A stretch of 64,000 nt of DNA from contig JAJFHS010000028.1 in assembly GCA_021775475.1 (NCBI GenBank), positions 15,729 through 79,728 on the forward strand. Reading direction: 5' to 3'. The first letter of the stretch is position 1. Each line of letters starts with the position of its first letter. Source of the DNA: Hyphomicrobiales bacterium (GTDB lineage: Bacteria; Pseudomonadota; Alphaproteobacteria; Rhizobiales; JAJFHR01). The notes beneath the pieces were generated by a model, which saw nothing but the letters and a program-made list of their open reading frames with translations, did not search any database and had not been told where the DNA came from. Positions 50,454 to 58,699 of this stretch are shown here, in pieces. The position numbers and the translations under genes were made by a program.

Positions 50454-52107
50454 GATCGCGCTCGGTTGCATCAGGCTTCGGGCACATGGCTTTTCGCGCT
50501 TTGGCAAAACCCCCTTCGGCAACCTCACCATCAACGCGAACTTCACCGTTTGCGCGCACATAATCTTCAATGGTTTGCCTGGCTTTGGACCGAAAAATTT
50601 CCGGCACTCTTTGCAGTCGTGCCAGATAGGCTGCTGCCCACTCGAGATCATTGTGGTAAGTCTCGGCAACAAAAGGTTGCACGTGTTGTGGTAATACTTC
50701 GGTGGCAGCATCACGGCGGGCGGATTTTTCTGCTCTCAGGCGAATATTTTCCTGCAACACCTTGTCATCCAGCGTTGCCAGCAGGGCCGTTGCTGCGGCA
50801 TTCCAGGCGAGCGGGTCAAAACCTGAACTGACGGGTGTTTCATCACCGTCAGAATTTCCGCCCGGCATCATTTTTTTCATCACATCTTCAACAAAGCGGC
50901 TGGTGATGAATGTATGTCCCTCTGCATGGGCCTGGCGAATAACCGAGGTGCGGGCGATGCCACGGACAAAATCAGGCGCGCGCGACATCATTGCATCAGC
51001 CTCGTCAGACCACATTATGGTTTCTTCAGCGATAACATCAAGCGAAGGAAAATGGGTCTTTTGGCCAATCCAGATGTGGCACGGTGCCATCCGTAACAGA
51101 TTTTCCGTGGTGCCGCCGATGTCGAGTTCTTCATCACCATGAACGCCAACCTTTCCTACCATCAACAAGCTTGCGTCAACTTTTTCGAGATATTTGCGGA
51201 TGGCCTGAAACGGTTTTCCTGAAACCAGCTTGCAGATGATGTTGACACCTTCTTCTTCGGCCACAGTTTTGGCAATGGCAAGATGGGATTGGTAGATCTT
51301 GGCAATACCATCATCAATCAGTTCTTCGTGCAGCTGTTCCTGCTCTTTAAACCGAAACACTTTTCCCGCCTCATCAGATAAAACACCGGCAATCTTGTTA
51401 AAGGCAACGTAGTGATAATAGGGATCATAAGCTGCAACTGCGTGCACGTCGGCACCGATCTGGCGGGCGATCATCAGTGCGGATTTGAGAACTCCGAAAG
51501 ACTGGGGTGAGCCGTCAATTCCGACAACGATTGGTCCATCACCAATGCTGGTTTTGCGGTCTTTGATTACCAGCACATCAATTGGCGCGCGCCGTACAAC
51601 ACGTTCGCAAACGCTGCCAATAATACTGCCTGCAACCGCACCAAGCCCGCGGGAGCCCAGGGCGAGCACGTCAAATTCTCCGGTTTTAGCCGCATCAATG
51701 ATGCAGGTGTAGTTTTTACCTTCCGGGCTCAACCTTTTGAATTTTACTTGGGATTTTTCGCATTTGGCTTGAGCCGTATCATGGTAACTGTCGGAAATAA
51801 TGCCAAGTCCCTTGCCAATCAGGTCTTCATGTACGTCGCGCTGGTGTTCCATTTCGGTTTCATAACGATAACGTTCCGGCAATCCGCCTTCCATCTGCTT
51901 GAAACGCCGGTCATGCATTTTGGCAGCATAGGCATGAATGCCTATTATATTGCCATTGATTGGCTTAACCAATTTGATGGCTTCGACAACTGCCTGGTTG
52001 GCGAGGTCTGATTGATCAAGGGCGACAAGAATATTGTTCAGGCGAACCGGTGCTGTACCGACTTGCTCATCGGCAATTTTTTCAGTGTGCGCCCTTGCTG
52101 TAGACAT
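50446..52107 (-). CDS. tandem universal stress protein (2x Usp) fused to three PCP_red-like modules
   Basis: Usp domains at about aa 24-182 (GSRGLGAVAGSIIGSV) and 192-348. From aa 366 come three ~45-aa repeats starting WSDEADAMMSRAPDFVRG, WNAAATALLATLDDKVLQ and WAAAYLARLQRVPEIFRS. Confidence 0.75.
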   Translation of the reverse strand: MSTARAHTEKIADEQVGTAPVRLNNILVALDQSDLANQAVVEAIKLVKPINGNIIGIHAYAAKMHDRRFKQMEGGLPERYRYETEMEHQRDVHEDLIGKGLGIISDSYHDTAQAKCEKSQVKFKRLSPEGKNYTCIIDAAKTGEFDVLALGSRGLGAVAGSIIGSVCERVVRRAPIDVLVIKDRKTSIGDGPIVVGIDGSPQSFGVLKSALMIARQIGADVHAVAAYDPYYHYVAFNKIAGVLSDEAGKVFRFKEQEQLHEELIDDGIAKIYQSHLAIAKTVAEEEGVNIICKLVSGKPFQAIRKYLEKVDASLLMVGKVGVHGDEELDIGGTTENLLRMAPCHIWIGQKTHFPSLDVIAEETIMWSDEADAMMSRAPDFVRGIARTSVIRQAHAEGHTFITSRFVEDVMKKMMPGGNSDGDETPVSSGFDPLAWNAAATALLATLDDKVLQENIRLRAEKSARRDAATEVLPQHVQPFVAETYHNDLEWAAAYLARLQRVPEIFRSKARQTIEDYVRANGEVRVDGEVAEGGFAKARKAMCPKPDATERDHD

Positions 52108-52123
52108 TTTCTGCTCCCGCTAA

Positions 52124-52234
52124 CTATCCGTACAGCAGCCAATAGCCAAAAATCAAAGCTATAACCGCAACATTTACAGCCGCACCAGCCAGTACAAAAC
52201 CGTCAAAGGCATTGAGCTTTTTTTTAGGTGTCAT
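52124..52234 (-). CDS. 36-aa single-TM peptide (not in the ORF track)
   Basis: ATG at 52234 with a GAGG 8 nt upstream. MTPKKKLNAFDGFVLAGAAVNVAVIALIFGYWLLYG* has a basic N-terminus followed by one hydrophobic helix. It fills the only gap in the operon. Confidence 0.45.
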   Translation of the reverse strand: MTPKKKLNAFDGFVLAGAAVNVAVIALIFGYWLLYG

Positions 52235-52261
52235 GGCCTCGACCTCAGGTTTGCCGGATGA

Positions 52262-53002
52262 TCAGAATGACAGGTCGATTTTGGTGTCGGCGCCAGAGGC
52301 AACCTTTACCTTGCCACTCTTGATTTCACCTAAAAACCCCTGCCACAGCCTGATTTTGTATTCGCCAGGCGGTATGTCACCGATGGTGAACTCACCGTTT
52401 TCATTAACAACGGAAAAATAAGGGCTTTGGGCAACGAACATATAGGCATGCATAAAATCATGCGCGTCGCACTCGATTTTCATGCCGGCACCTTTACGCA
52501 TTTTGATTTTCTTGGTTACCTTGTCCCCGGCGTTGGGCTGCGACACGTTTATTGCTGTGCGTCTTGCTTTGCCGATAAGTTCGTAGGTGTGGATGTTATG
52601 CAGGGTTTTATCTGAATTAACAGCGGTGAGTTTTCCGCCATTCGCCATCACGGAAAATCCGGGAGCAAACGCGCATTTTTCCTGATTGATGGTTACATTC
52701 ATCAGCTCTTTTGGAAATGCTTTACCCTGCTTGACTTTGTACAGAAAGACTATCGCATTTTTTACAGTGCCGTTTTTGTTAATTTCAACAAGGGGCACAA
52801 TGCGTTTGCCTTCACCACAGATTTGTGGATCCTTGGAAATAGTGAATGTTTTTGTTTTCTCGACAACACCGCCTGCCATAACTTTTCCCGAAATACTGCC
52901 ACCATCGGAGACATCGATTTCCTTGTACTTTGCGGCGTGAGCCAATCCGGTAAAACTTACCAATGCAACTGTGCAGAGTATTCCTTTAAACAATCTATTC
53001 AT
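52262..53002 (-). CDS. periplasmic cupredoxin-like protein with amicyanin-type ligand spacing plus a C-terminal Ig-like (carboxypeptidase-regulatory-like) domain
   Basis: Signal peptide MNRLFKGILCTVALVSFTGLAHA. Candidate type-1 Cu ligands are H in TLHNIHTYE and C-x2-H-x2-M in IECDAHDFMHAYM. C-terminal GEFTIGDIPPGEYKIRLW. Confidence 0.6.
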   Translation of the reverse strand: MNRLFKGILCTVALVSFTGLAHAAKYKEIDVSDGGSISGKVMAGGVVEKTKTFTISKDPQICGEGKRIVPLVEINKNGTVKNAIVFLYKVKQGKAFPKELMNVTINQEKCAFAPGFSVMANGGKLTAVNSDKTLHNIHTYELIGKARRTAINVSQPNAGDKVTKKIKMRKGAGMKIECDAHDFMHAYMFVAQSPYFSVVNENGEFTIGDIPPGEYKIRLWQGFLGEIKSGKVKVASGADTKIDLSF

Positions 53003-53038
53003 CGACGTTTCCTCTTCGTTAAATGTTGAAAATAGGGC

Positions 53039-55207
53039 TCAGGCGGCGGCTTGGATATCACCATTTTCTGAATAGCTGAAGAGATCTCCAAGCGCTTCGA
53101 TGGCGACCAGCCATGCCCGCTTGTTGTCATCATCATCAAGAATATTGAGATATTTTTCCGCCGCTTCATTGGCGTTCCAGTCCTTGAGCATGGCGACAAT
53201 ATCGCGACGGTGCATACCATCATGCGCCAGGCTTAATTCAACCAGAACATCCATTTGAGAGCGCCGGTTGGCAAGGACTTGAGCCGCAGCAATTCGAACC
53301 CCGGAATAATTATCATCAAGTGCACGCAACAGGCTTTCCACATGACCTTTCTTGCGACCAAGGGCTGTGATGGCTTCACGGCGAGCATGCACATCGCCAT
53401 CACTGCATAACTCGACCAGGACATCTTCAACCTCTTTGCCCTTGATGTAACCGAGGCAACGGGCGCCAAGCATGCGAACAACACGATCTTTATGCTGAGT
53501 TTCTTTTAGGATTGCCGGGTACAGGCGTTTTTTCAATTTCCCCCGCCGATTGGCAATGAGAGCCAGACTTTCCAGACAGGATTGTTTGAGCTCAACATCA
53601 TCATCTCCTAAGGCCTGGCCCAGAGCTCTAGTCACTCCCGGAAAATCAAAGTCACCCAGAAGACAGGCAGTAAACCGGCGAACATCACGATGGGGAGCTA
53701 CTTTGGCATCCAGCGATACCTTGCCTTTTTTCATCGCGCGCAATTTCGATATTTCGAGGAATTTTTTATCGTCTTCGGAAAGTTTTATTTCCTCCGGTTC
53801 CGGTTCATTTTTGAGGGCCGGTTCGGTGCCAACTCCATCGCGTAAAATTTTATCCAATGTGGATGTGGCAGGAGATTGTTCTTCGGGCACAACATCGTCA
53901 ACGTCTCTGGCTGTTTCTTGTTCTGTGTCGTCTACGTCCTCAACCGCCTCGACAAGTTCGCCTCGAAGCGCCGCGAGGAGACTGTCCCCGGCCGTGTTGG
54001 GCCATTTACCTGAGGTAGCAATTTCTGCCAGCGCCGACATGGTCGAGATGCGGATCTGTCTGTTGCTGTTGCCAATGGTATCCAGCAGATAGGGCAGACC
54101 GGCATCATCGAGCAAGGTTAGTGCTTCAATCAAGCCAAGCCGAAAAATCAGTGGTTGTTCAGGGTTTTGCAGTGCTCGCCCCAAGCTTTTTGCTGATTCT
54201 TTTCCAATCATGCCTGCCCAGGCGACAGCTGCGGCACCGGCAACTTCCGGTATGCCGATTATGGCCTTTTTGACAATCTCGGAAAAACCTTCTTTTTCAA
54301 ACGCTCCGGGTTCAACGGCAATTGACCTGAAGATTGTTTCCCGGACTTTCGCAGACTTGTCAGACAATCTCTCCATCGCCAAACCAGGTTCGTTTGAGCT
54401 TATTGTTTTGGCAATCAGAATGCGCACATCAACATCATTGTCACTGAAGTATGCGGCAAGACGGGCGTCTTCAGGGTCATTATCAATTATTTTTTCCAGA
54501 GCAACATAGCGAACTTCACCTGCGTTATCGGCCAGACACTTTTCCAAAAGTCCATCCATTTCGACAGATTGCCCTGGCTGTAAAACCGAACAGACCCGGC
54601 GGCGCGTGCGTGCGTCACCTTCGGTGTACAATGTGGTCAGTGCGGCAACACCTTCGGTTTTAAGTTGAGCCAGAGCCGGGATGGCAACCTGGGTCAGGTC
54701 TTGACCCTCGTCATTTTTCAATTCGTTCATAATGACAGTGACGGATTTAGCTGTACCAACTTTACCCAGCGCCTTGATTGCCGCCAGTTGAATGTCGAGC
54801 CAGTCATCCCAGCCTGAGGCATAACAATCGTCATCTCCCCAGTTTATTTCTTCTTCCCGGCCCGCAACTATTGTATGCAGCCAGGGGACAACCGGGCGAT
54901 GGTTGACGCTGGCAAGCAATTCAATTGCTGACAGTTTGACTTCTGGGCAGGGGTCACCGAGAAGATTTTCCATGATGGCACCGGCAGCTTGCGTTTCGTC
55001 AAGTTCAAGCAAGGCGGCGGCGGCATCGGTCCTTACATCTTCATCTTCATCCAGCAGTGCCTGTTGCAGCACGGGTCCAGCTCCGGGATGAGCAATCTTG
55101 CCCACCGCCTTTGCTGCGGCACAACGATGAATATCCAGCCCCTCCAAAACGAGAGTACTCAGTTGGGTAAATGCTCTTTCTTTTGCAGATTTTGCTCTTG
55201 TTACCAT
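53039..55207 (-). CDS. HEAT-repeat (PBS-lyase HEAT-like) protein, cytoplasmic
   Basis: About 722 aa of repeated D.d..VR..AA.AL units with a central acidic/Lys-rich linker and no signal peptide. ATG at 55207; the track start 55213 is TTG. Confidence 0.75.
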   Translation of the reverse strand: MVTRAKSAKERAFTQLSTLVLEGLDIHRCAAAKAVGKIAHPGAGPVLQQALLDEDEDVRTDAAAALLELDETQAAGAIMENLLGDPCPEVKLSAIELLASVNHRPVVPWLHTIVAGREEEINWGDDDCYASGWDDWLDIQLAAIKALGKVGTAKSVTVIMNELKNDEGQDLTQVAIPALAQLKTEGVAALTTLYTEGDARTRRRVCSVLQPGQSVEMDGLLEKCLADNAGEVRYVALEKIIDNDPEDARLAAYFSDNDVDVRILIAKTISSNEPGLAMERLSDKSAKVRETIFRSIAVEPGAFEKEGFSEIVKKAIIGIPEVAGAAAVAWAGMIGKESAKSLGRALQNPEQPLIFRLGLIEALTLLDDAGLPYLLDTIGNSNRQIRISTMSALAEIATSGKWPNTAGDSLLAALRGELVEAVEDVDDTEQETARDVDDVVPEEQSPATSTLDKILRDGVGTEPALKNEPEPEEIKLSEDDKKFLEISKLRAMKKGKVSLDAKVAPHRDVRRFTACLLGDFDFPGVTRALGQALGDDDVELKQSCLESLALIANRRGKLKKRLYPAILKETQHKDRVVRMLGARCLGYIKGKEVEDVLVELCSDGDVHARREAITALGRKKGHVESLLRALDDNYSGVRIAAAQVLANRRSQMDVLVELSLAHDGMHRRDIVAMLKDWNANEAAEKYLNILDDDDNKRAWLVAIEALGDLFSYSENGDIQAAA

Positions 55208-55270
55208 GATCAATGTCCCAGAACGTCCTGTTTTGTGGGTTCAATTGAGCACAATCGGCGGCGGCCTCCC

Positions 55271-55284
55271 TTGACATATGTCAA
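55271..55284. promoter_or_regulatory. perfect palindromic FNR/FixK-type box TTGACATATGTCAA upstream of the HEAT-repeat operon
   Basis: TTGA-N6-TCAA, fully self-complementary. The centre is 70 nt upstream of the ATG at 55207. Confidence 0.65.
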
Positions 55285-55341
55285 GTCTGTTCTTTCTAGA
55301 TTTTCCGCCCAAAGTGATTGTTCGCATCGATTTCAAAAATC

Positions 55342-55378
55342 AAAACCGGAAGAGGCCTATTCTCTTCCGGTTTTTTTT
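55342..55378 (-). terminator. rho-independent terminator after the Mo-oxidoreductase gene
   Basis: 9-bp stem CCGGAAGAG / CTCTTCCGG (55346-55354 / 55362-55370) extended by A/T pairs, with T-runs on both strands. It begins 32 nt past the stop at 55410. Confidence 0.6.
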
Positions 55379-55409
55379 GTTTTTCAACTTCACTCAATCG
55401 TAGTTATGA

Positions 55410-58085
55410 TCAGACCGGGATATCGCGCGGTGCAAAAGACATCGACCGGAACGTGTTTTTGTAAGGGGATATACCAATTTTTTTGATCCTGGCAACGCCC
55501 ATTTTGTAGTTGTAGTTACCACTCATCCAGTCAACAACACGCCCTTCCAATGCGTTTGCCGGCTGCGATGTGTGCAGGAAGTCCATATAAAGAACCCCTT
55601 TCTTCACCGCCCGCGTAACCATGGCTACAGCGGTAACCGCTGCTTCGCTGAGTTCGACGTTGCCGTTCTTCATCTGGCCAGAGAACTTGTAGTCATCACC
55701 TTCCACCCCAAGGATCGTCTCCTTGAGTGAGGGCACGCGATCGGAATAGATCATCACCATATCGCCGCTTTCAATACCACGGGCCTTGGCGTCTTCCGGG
55801 TTGATTTCAACCCAGTTTTCAGGCCAGCGCTGCACGATATAGGGGCGACGGCGATCATCAAAGCCTGACTGCCAACGCTCATTTGAGCGACCCGATGTAC
55901 ACCACAACTCGTCATCCTTGGGACGCATCCATTCCCAATAATCTGAAAACCACGACCATTGCCCCTTTTCAAGATTGCAACGTCCGGTCTGGGAATTGAA
56001 GTGTGTGGTCTTCTTGTTGACCATGTTGGCTCCAGCTGGGCCGGTTGGCGACAATTTCATTTGCGTATCGTGCAGTCGCTTTGTGCCGACCAGAGTACCA
56101 TCATCCAGCATCGACACCGGACCCTGAATACCATTGGTGCCAAATTCCCTGAGTTTTTGATGCAGGGTTTTGCCTTCACGTTTGGCGGCAACTTTGACCA
56201 TATTGTAGTCTTTACGGCTGCCACGTGAAAAGCGTGCGGATTCTTCAGCAACTTCGTTGGAGTTTTTCCAGTCAAAGCCTTTATAGCCCATGCGAGTAGC
56301 CAGTTGGGCGATGATCCACCAATCCGGCTTTGCGTCCCCCGGCGGATCGTAGAACTTCTGGTACAGGCGCAGACGGCGCTCGCCGTTGGCACGCATAAAG
56401 TCTTCTTCCCCCCATGTAGCTGCCGGGAAGATGATATCGGCAAACTGGTTGCCAATCGGATCGACCAGATAAATGTCCTGGTTAATGATCACCATGCCAC
56501 CTGAATCAGCCCGTTTTTTCAAGGTTTCAATGATTTTCTCTTTATTGAGAGAACGCACCTGATGCGGATTGCCATTGGTGAGTTCATGGAACTTGGCAGC
56601 CAATTCGAATGACCCGCACATGGATTGAATCCAGGTAGTTCCGATGACATGGGCCATGCGGGTGTGACCGGCCATGGTCCAGGTATCGGTGTCAAGTGCG
56701 CGGCGACGACGACCGGGCAGTTTCATCGGTGATTTGTTGCGTGGATATTTGCCACCGCCAACACCGCCGCGTTGATGGCCGCCAGCACGACCGATCATCT
56801 GACCAGGTCTGCCGCCGGCACCGACTATGATGCCCAGTGCCGAGATGGCAACGGTATTACCAGTATTGTTTGACCAGTAAAATCCCTTCTCGATCATGAC
56901 CGATGTTTTCGGGCGTTTGCCTTTGACAGGTTTTGCCATCATCTCAGCGGCAAGCTGAATTTTTTCTGCATCAATGCCGGACATTTTTGAGGCATTTTCT
57001 AACGTGTAATCATCTTGCGACAACAGCCATTTCTTCCAGTCCTCAAAGCCCTTGGTCTGGAACTGGCCCCAGGTGGTACGCCATTGCCACGGCGTGTTGC
57101 GGGTGCCCTGGCCAAATCCTGATGAGGAGCCCCACTTGTCGTTGACCCAGTTTTTAATCCACTCTTTGTCCTGCCAGCCGTTTTCTACAATGATGCGGGC
57201 AATGGCATTGACCACAAGAAGGTCTGTGCCAGGAGTTACATCAAGCCACAGGCCACCATTTTGCTCGGCATAAGCGACACCGGCAGTGCGACGTGGCACC
57301 ATCATAATGGTTTTCTGGCCGTTTTGAATACCCTTCATAATCCACTGTGTGAACAGGATTGTTTTGGTTTCATAAGGGTCGGTTCCGCAGATAAGCAGTG
57401 TTTCGGCGTCGCGCCAATCTTCATAAGAAGGCGCAAAGTTATCAAATCCAGCGTTGCGAAAACCCGGCGTTGAAGAGACGTTCGACGGGGTGTCATGGAA
57501 AGTGAAGTTCGCCGTGTTAACGGAACCGAGTGCGAATTTTGTGATCGCGTAGGTGTTTTCAATATATTGATAGGAGAATGTTTTGACACCGTAAGCCAAA
57601 GGCCCATGCTTTTCGATCACATATTTTGCAACAGCAGCAGCGACATCAAGTGCCAGATCCCAGGTAACCGGTTGAAGAATGCCGTGAATACGCATCAACG
57701 GCGTGGTCAGGCGGTCGCGCGTGGGTTTTTGGGGATTGTAGCATTTTTGTGCGATACAGCCACCGCGAAGCGATGAATCGCCGTCGGTATTAACGGCTTT
57801 GGTTTCCTTGTCAGGCAGGATGACCACATGATGGGGTTCGTCCTCGTGAAGCACGATGTTGTGCTGGTTGGGGGCTACCCAGGGGCCGAGCACTTCCACG
57901 GGGAAGTCGACGCCGAAGGCATTTTCTCCCGCCTTGGCACCGCCGCGCTTGCCGCCTTTTACCGGCCAGCGATAAACTTTGTAGCCGCAGGCAACGATGC
58001 AATAATCGCACGCCGTAGATATAACATCCGCATCCTTGGGAGGCAGGGGTACATCTGTATCTGGAATATAATATGGTGTTGACAT
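55410..58085 (-). CDS. molybdopterin (bis-MGD) oxidoreductase catalytic subunit of the arsenite oxidase AioA / iodate reductase IdrA family
   Basis: 891 aa. N-terminal C-x2-C-x3-C (CDYCIVACGYKVY), which I read as AioA-like 3Fe-4S-type by analogy with AioA (no alignment run; the next Cys lies about 80 residues downstream). GRAGGHQRG motif. C-terminal tail similar to AioA. No signal peptide (Tat hitch-hiker). Confidence 0.8.
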   Translation of the reverse strand: MSTPYYIPDTDVPLPPKDADVISTACDYCIVACGYKVYRWPVKGGKRGGAKAGENAFGVDFPVEVLGPWVAPNQHNIVLHEDEPHHVVILPDKETKAVNTDGDSSLRGGCIAQKCYNPQKPTRDRLTTPLMRIHGILQPVTWDLALDVAAAVAKYVIEKHGPLAYGVKTFSYQYIENTYAITKFALGSVNTANFTFHDTPSNVSSTPGFRNAGFDNFAPSYEDWRDAETLLICGTDPYETKTILFTQWIMKGIQNGQKTIMMVPRRTAGVAYAEQNGGLWLDVTPGTDLLVVNAIARIIVENGWQDKEWIKNWVNDKWGSSSGFGQGTRNTPWQWRTTWGQFQTKGFEDWKKWLLSQDDYTLENASKMSGIDAEKIQLAAEMMAKPVKGKRPKTSVMIEKGFYWSNNTGNTVAISALGIIVGAGGRPGQMIGRAGGHQRGGVGGGKYPRNKSPMKLPGRRRRALDTDTWTMAGHTRMAHVIGTTWIQSMCGSFELAAKFHELTNGNPHQVRSLNKEKIIETLKKRADSGGMVIINQDIYLVDPIGNQFADIIFPAATWGEEDFMRANGERRLRLYQKFYDPPGDAKPDWWIIAQLATRMGYKGFDWKNSNEVAEESARFSRGSRKDYNMVKVAAKREGKTLHQKLREFGTNGIQGPVSMLDDGTLVGTKRLHDTQMKLSPTGPAGANMVNKKTTHFNSQTGRCNLEKGQWSWFSDYWEWMRPKDDELWCTSGRSNERWQSGFDDRRRPYIVQRWPENWVEINPEDAKARGIESGDMVMIYSDRVPSLKETILGVEGDDYKFSGQMKNGNVELSEAAVTAVAMVTRAVKKGVLYMDFLHTSQPANALEGRVVDWMSGNYNYKMGVARIKKIGISPYKNTFRSMSFAPRDIPV

Positions 58086-58102
58086 AACTCACTTCTCCCG
58101 AA

Positions 58103-58687
58103 TTAGCTGTGCAGATTGTTTTCGCGACCAAAAATCAGCCCAAAAATGCCAGTGGCATAGACACTGTCACCTTCGATTTCGAGCAAAATTTGCGGCAGGC
58201 TCTGATAAGCCTGACCTGAGATCAAAATGCCGTGGCGGGTGAGGTCATAAGTTGAAAGATGTAGCGGACAGGCACCAAGTGATTTGGTTTCAGCTTTGTA
58301 ACTGCCAGACAATGAGTTGCCCTGGTGGGTGCAGGCGTAATTGTAAGCGACAATATCCTGGTCCTTACCCAAACCACCGCCAGCTTTAACGCCGAGCTTG
58401 ACCACCATGTTATCAGAATATTCGCCCTCATCAGGGTAGTTGAAGTCAAGCGGTTCATCCTGCTTCAGTTCGGACAGTTTGCAGATAAATTTGCGCGGAT
58501 AATTGGTGATCTGCGCCGGCACAGCCTTAGCATCAGCAGTCCCCGGGTTCAGGGTCACCATTACAGTGACAGTTGTCGCCCCGGTGCCAATAAGAAAGTT
58601 GCGACGTGAAACCAGACATTTGTGGCCGACTTCTTTCGCCAGCTGCTTTCTCGACCGGGTGTTTTTATAGACAGTTGTTTTGGCCAT
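58103..58687 (-). CDS. Rieske [2Fe-2S] small subunit with Tat signal (AioB / IdrB family)
   Basis: Twin-arginine leader SRRNFLIGTGA. Rieske ligand boxes CTH and CPLH. Small-before-large gene order as in aioBA. Confidence 0.82.
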   Translation of the reverse strand: MAKTTVYKNTRSRKQLAKEVGHKCLVSRRNFLIGTGATTVTVMVTLNPGTADAKAVPAQITNYPRKFICKLSELKQDEPLDFNYPDEGEYSDNMVVKLGVKAGGGLGKDQDIVAYNYACTHQGNSLSGSYKAETKSLGACPLHLSTYDLTRHGILISGQAYQSLPQILLEIEGDSVYATGIFGLIFGRENNLHS

Positions 58688-58699
58688 TTTTGATCCCCT

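Noticed and set aside
50454-50714. N-terminal 87-codon extension of the radical SAM ORF
   Set aside because: It lies entirely inside the upstream USP coding region in another frame. The ATG at 50453 immediately precedes the conserved CNLSCTHCY region.
55410-58687. Calling the Rieske/Mo pair a bona fide arsenite oxidase (aioBA)
   Set aside because: The family membership is clear. However, the operon context (two CCPs, no aioXSR, ars or moeA in the window) and an apparently altered substrate-pocket residue argue against assigning arsenite as substrate. I kept the call at family level.
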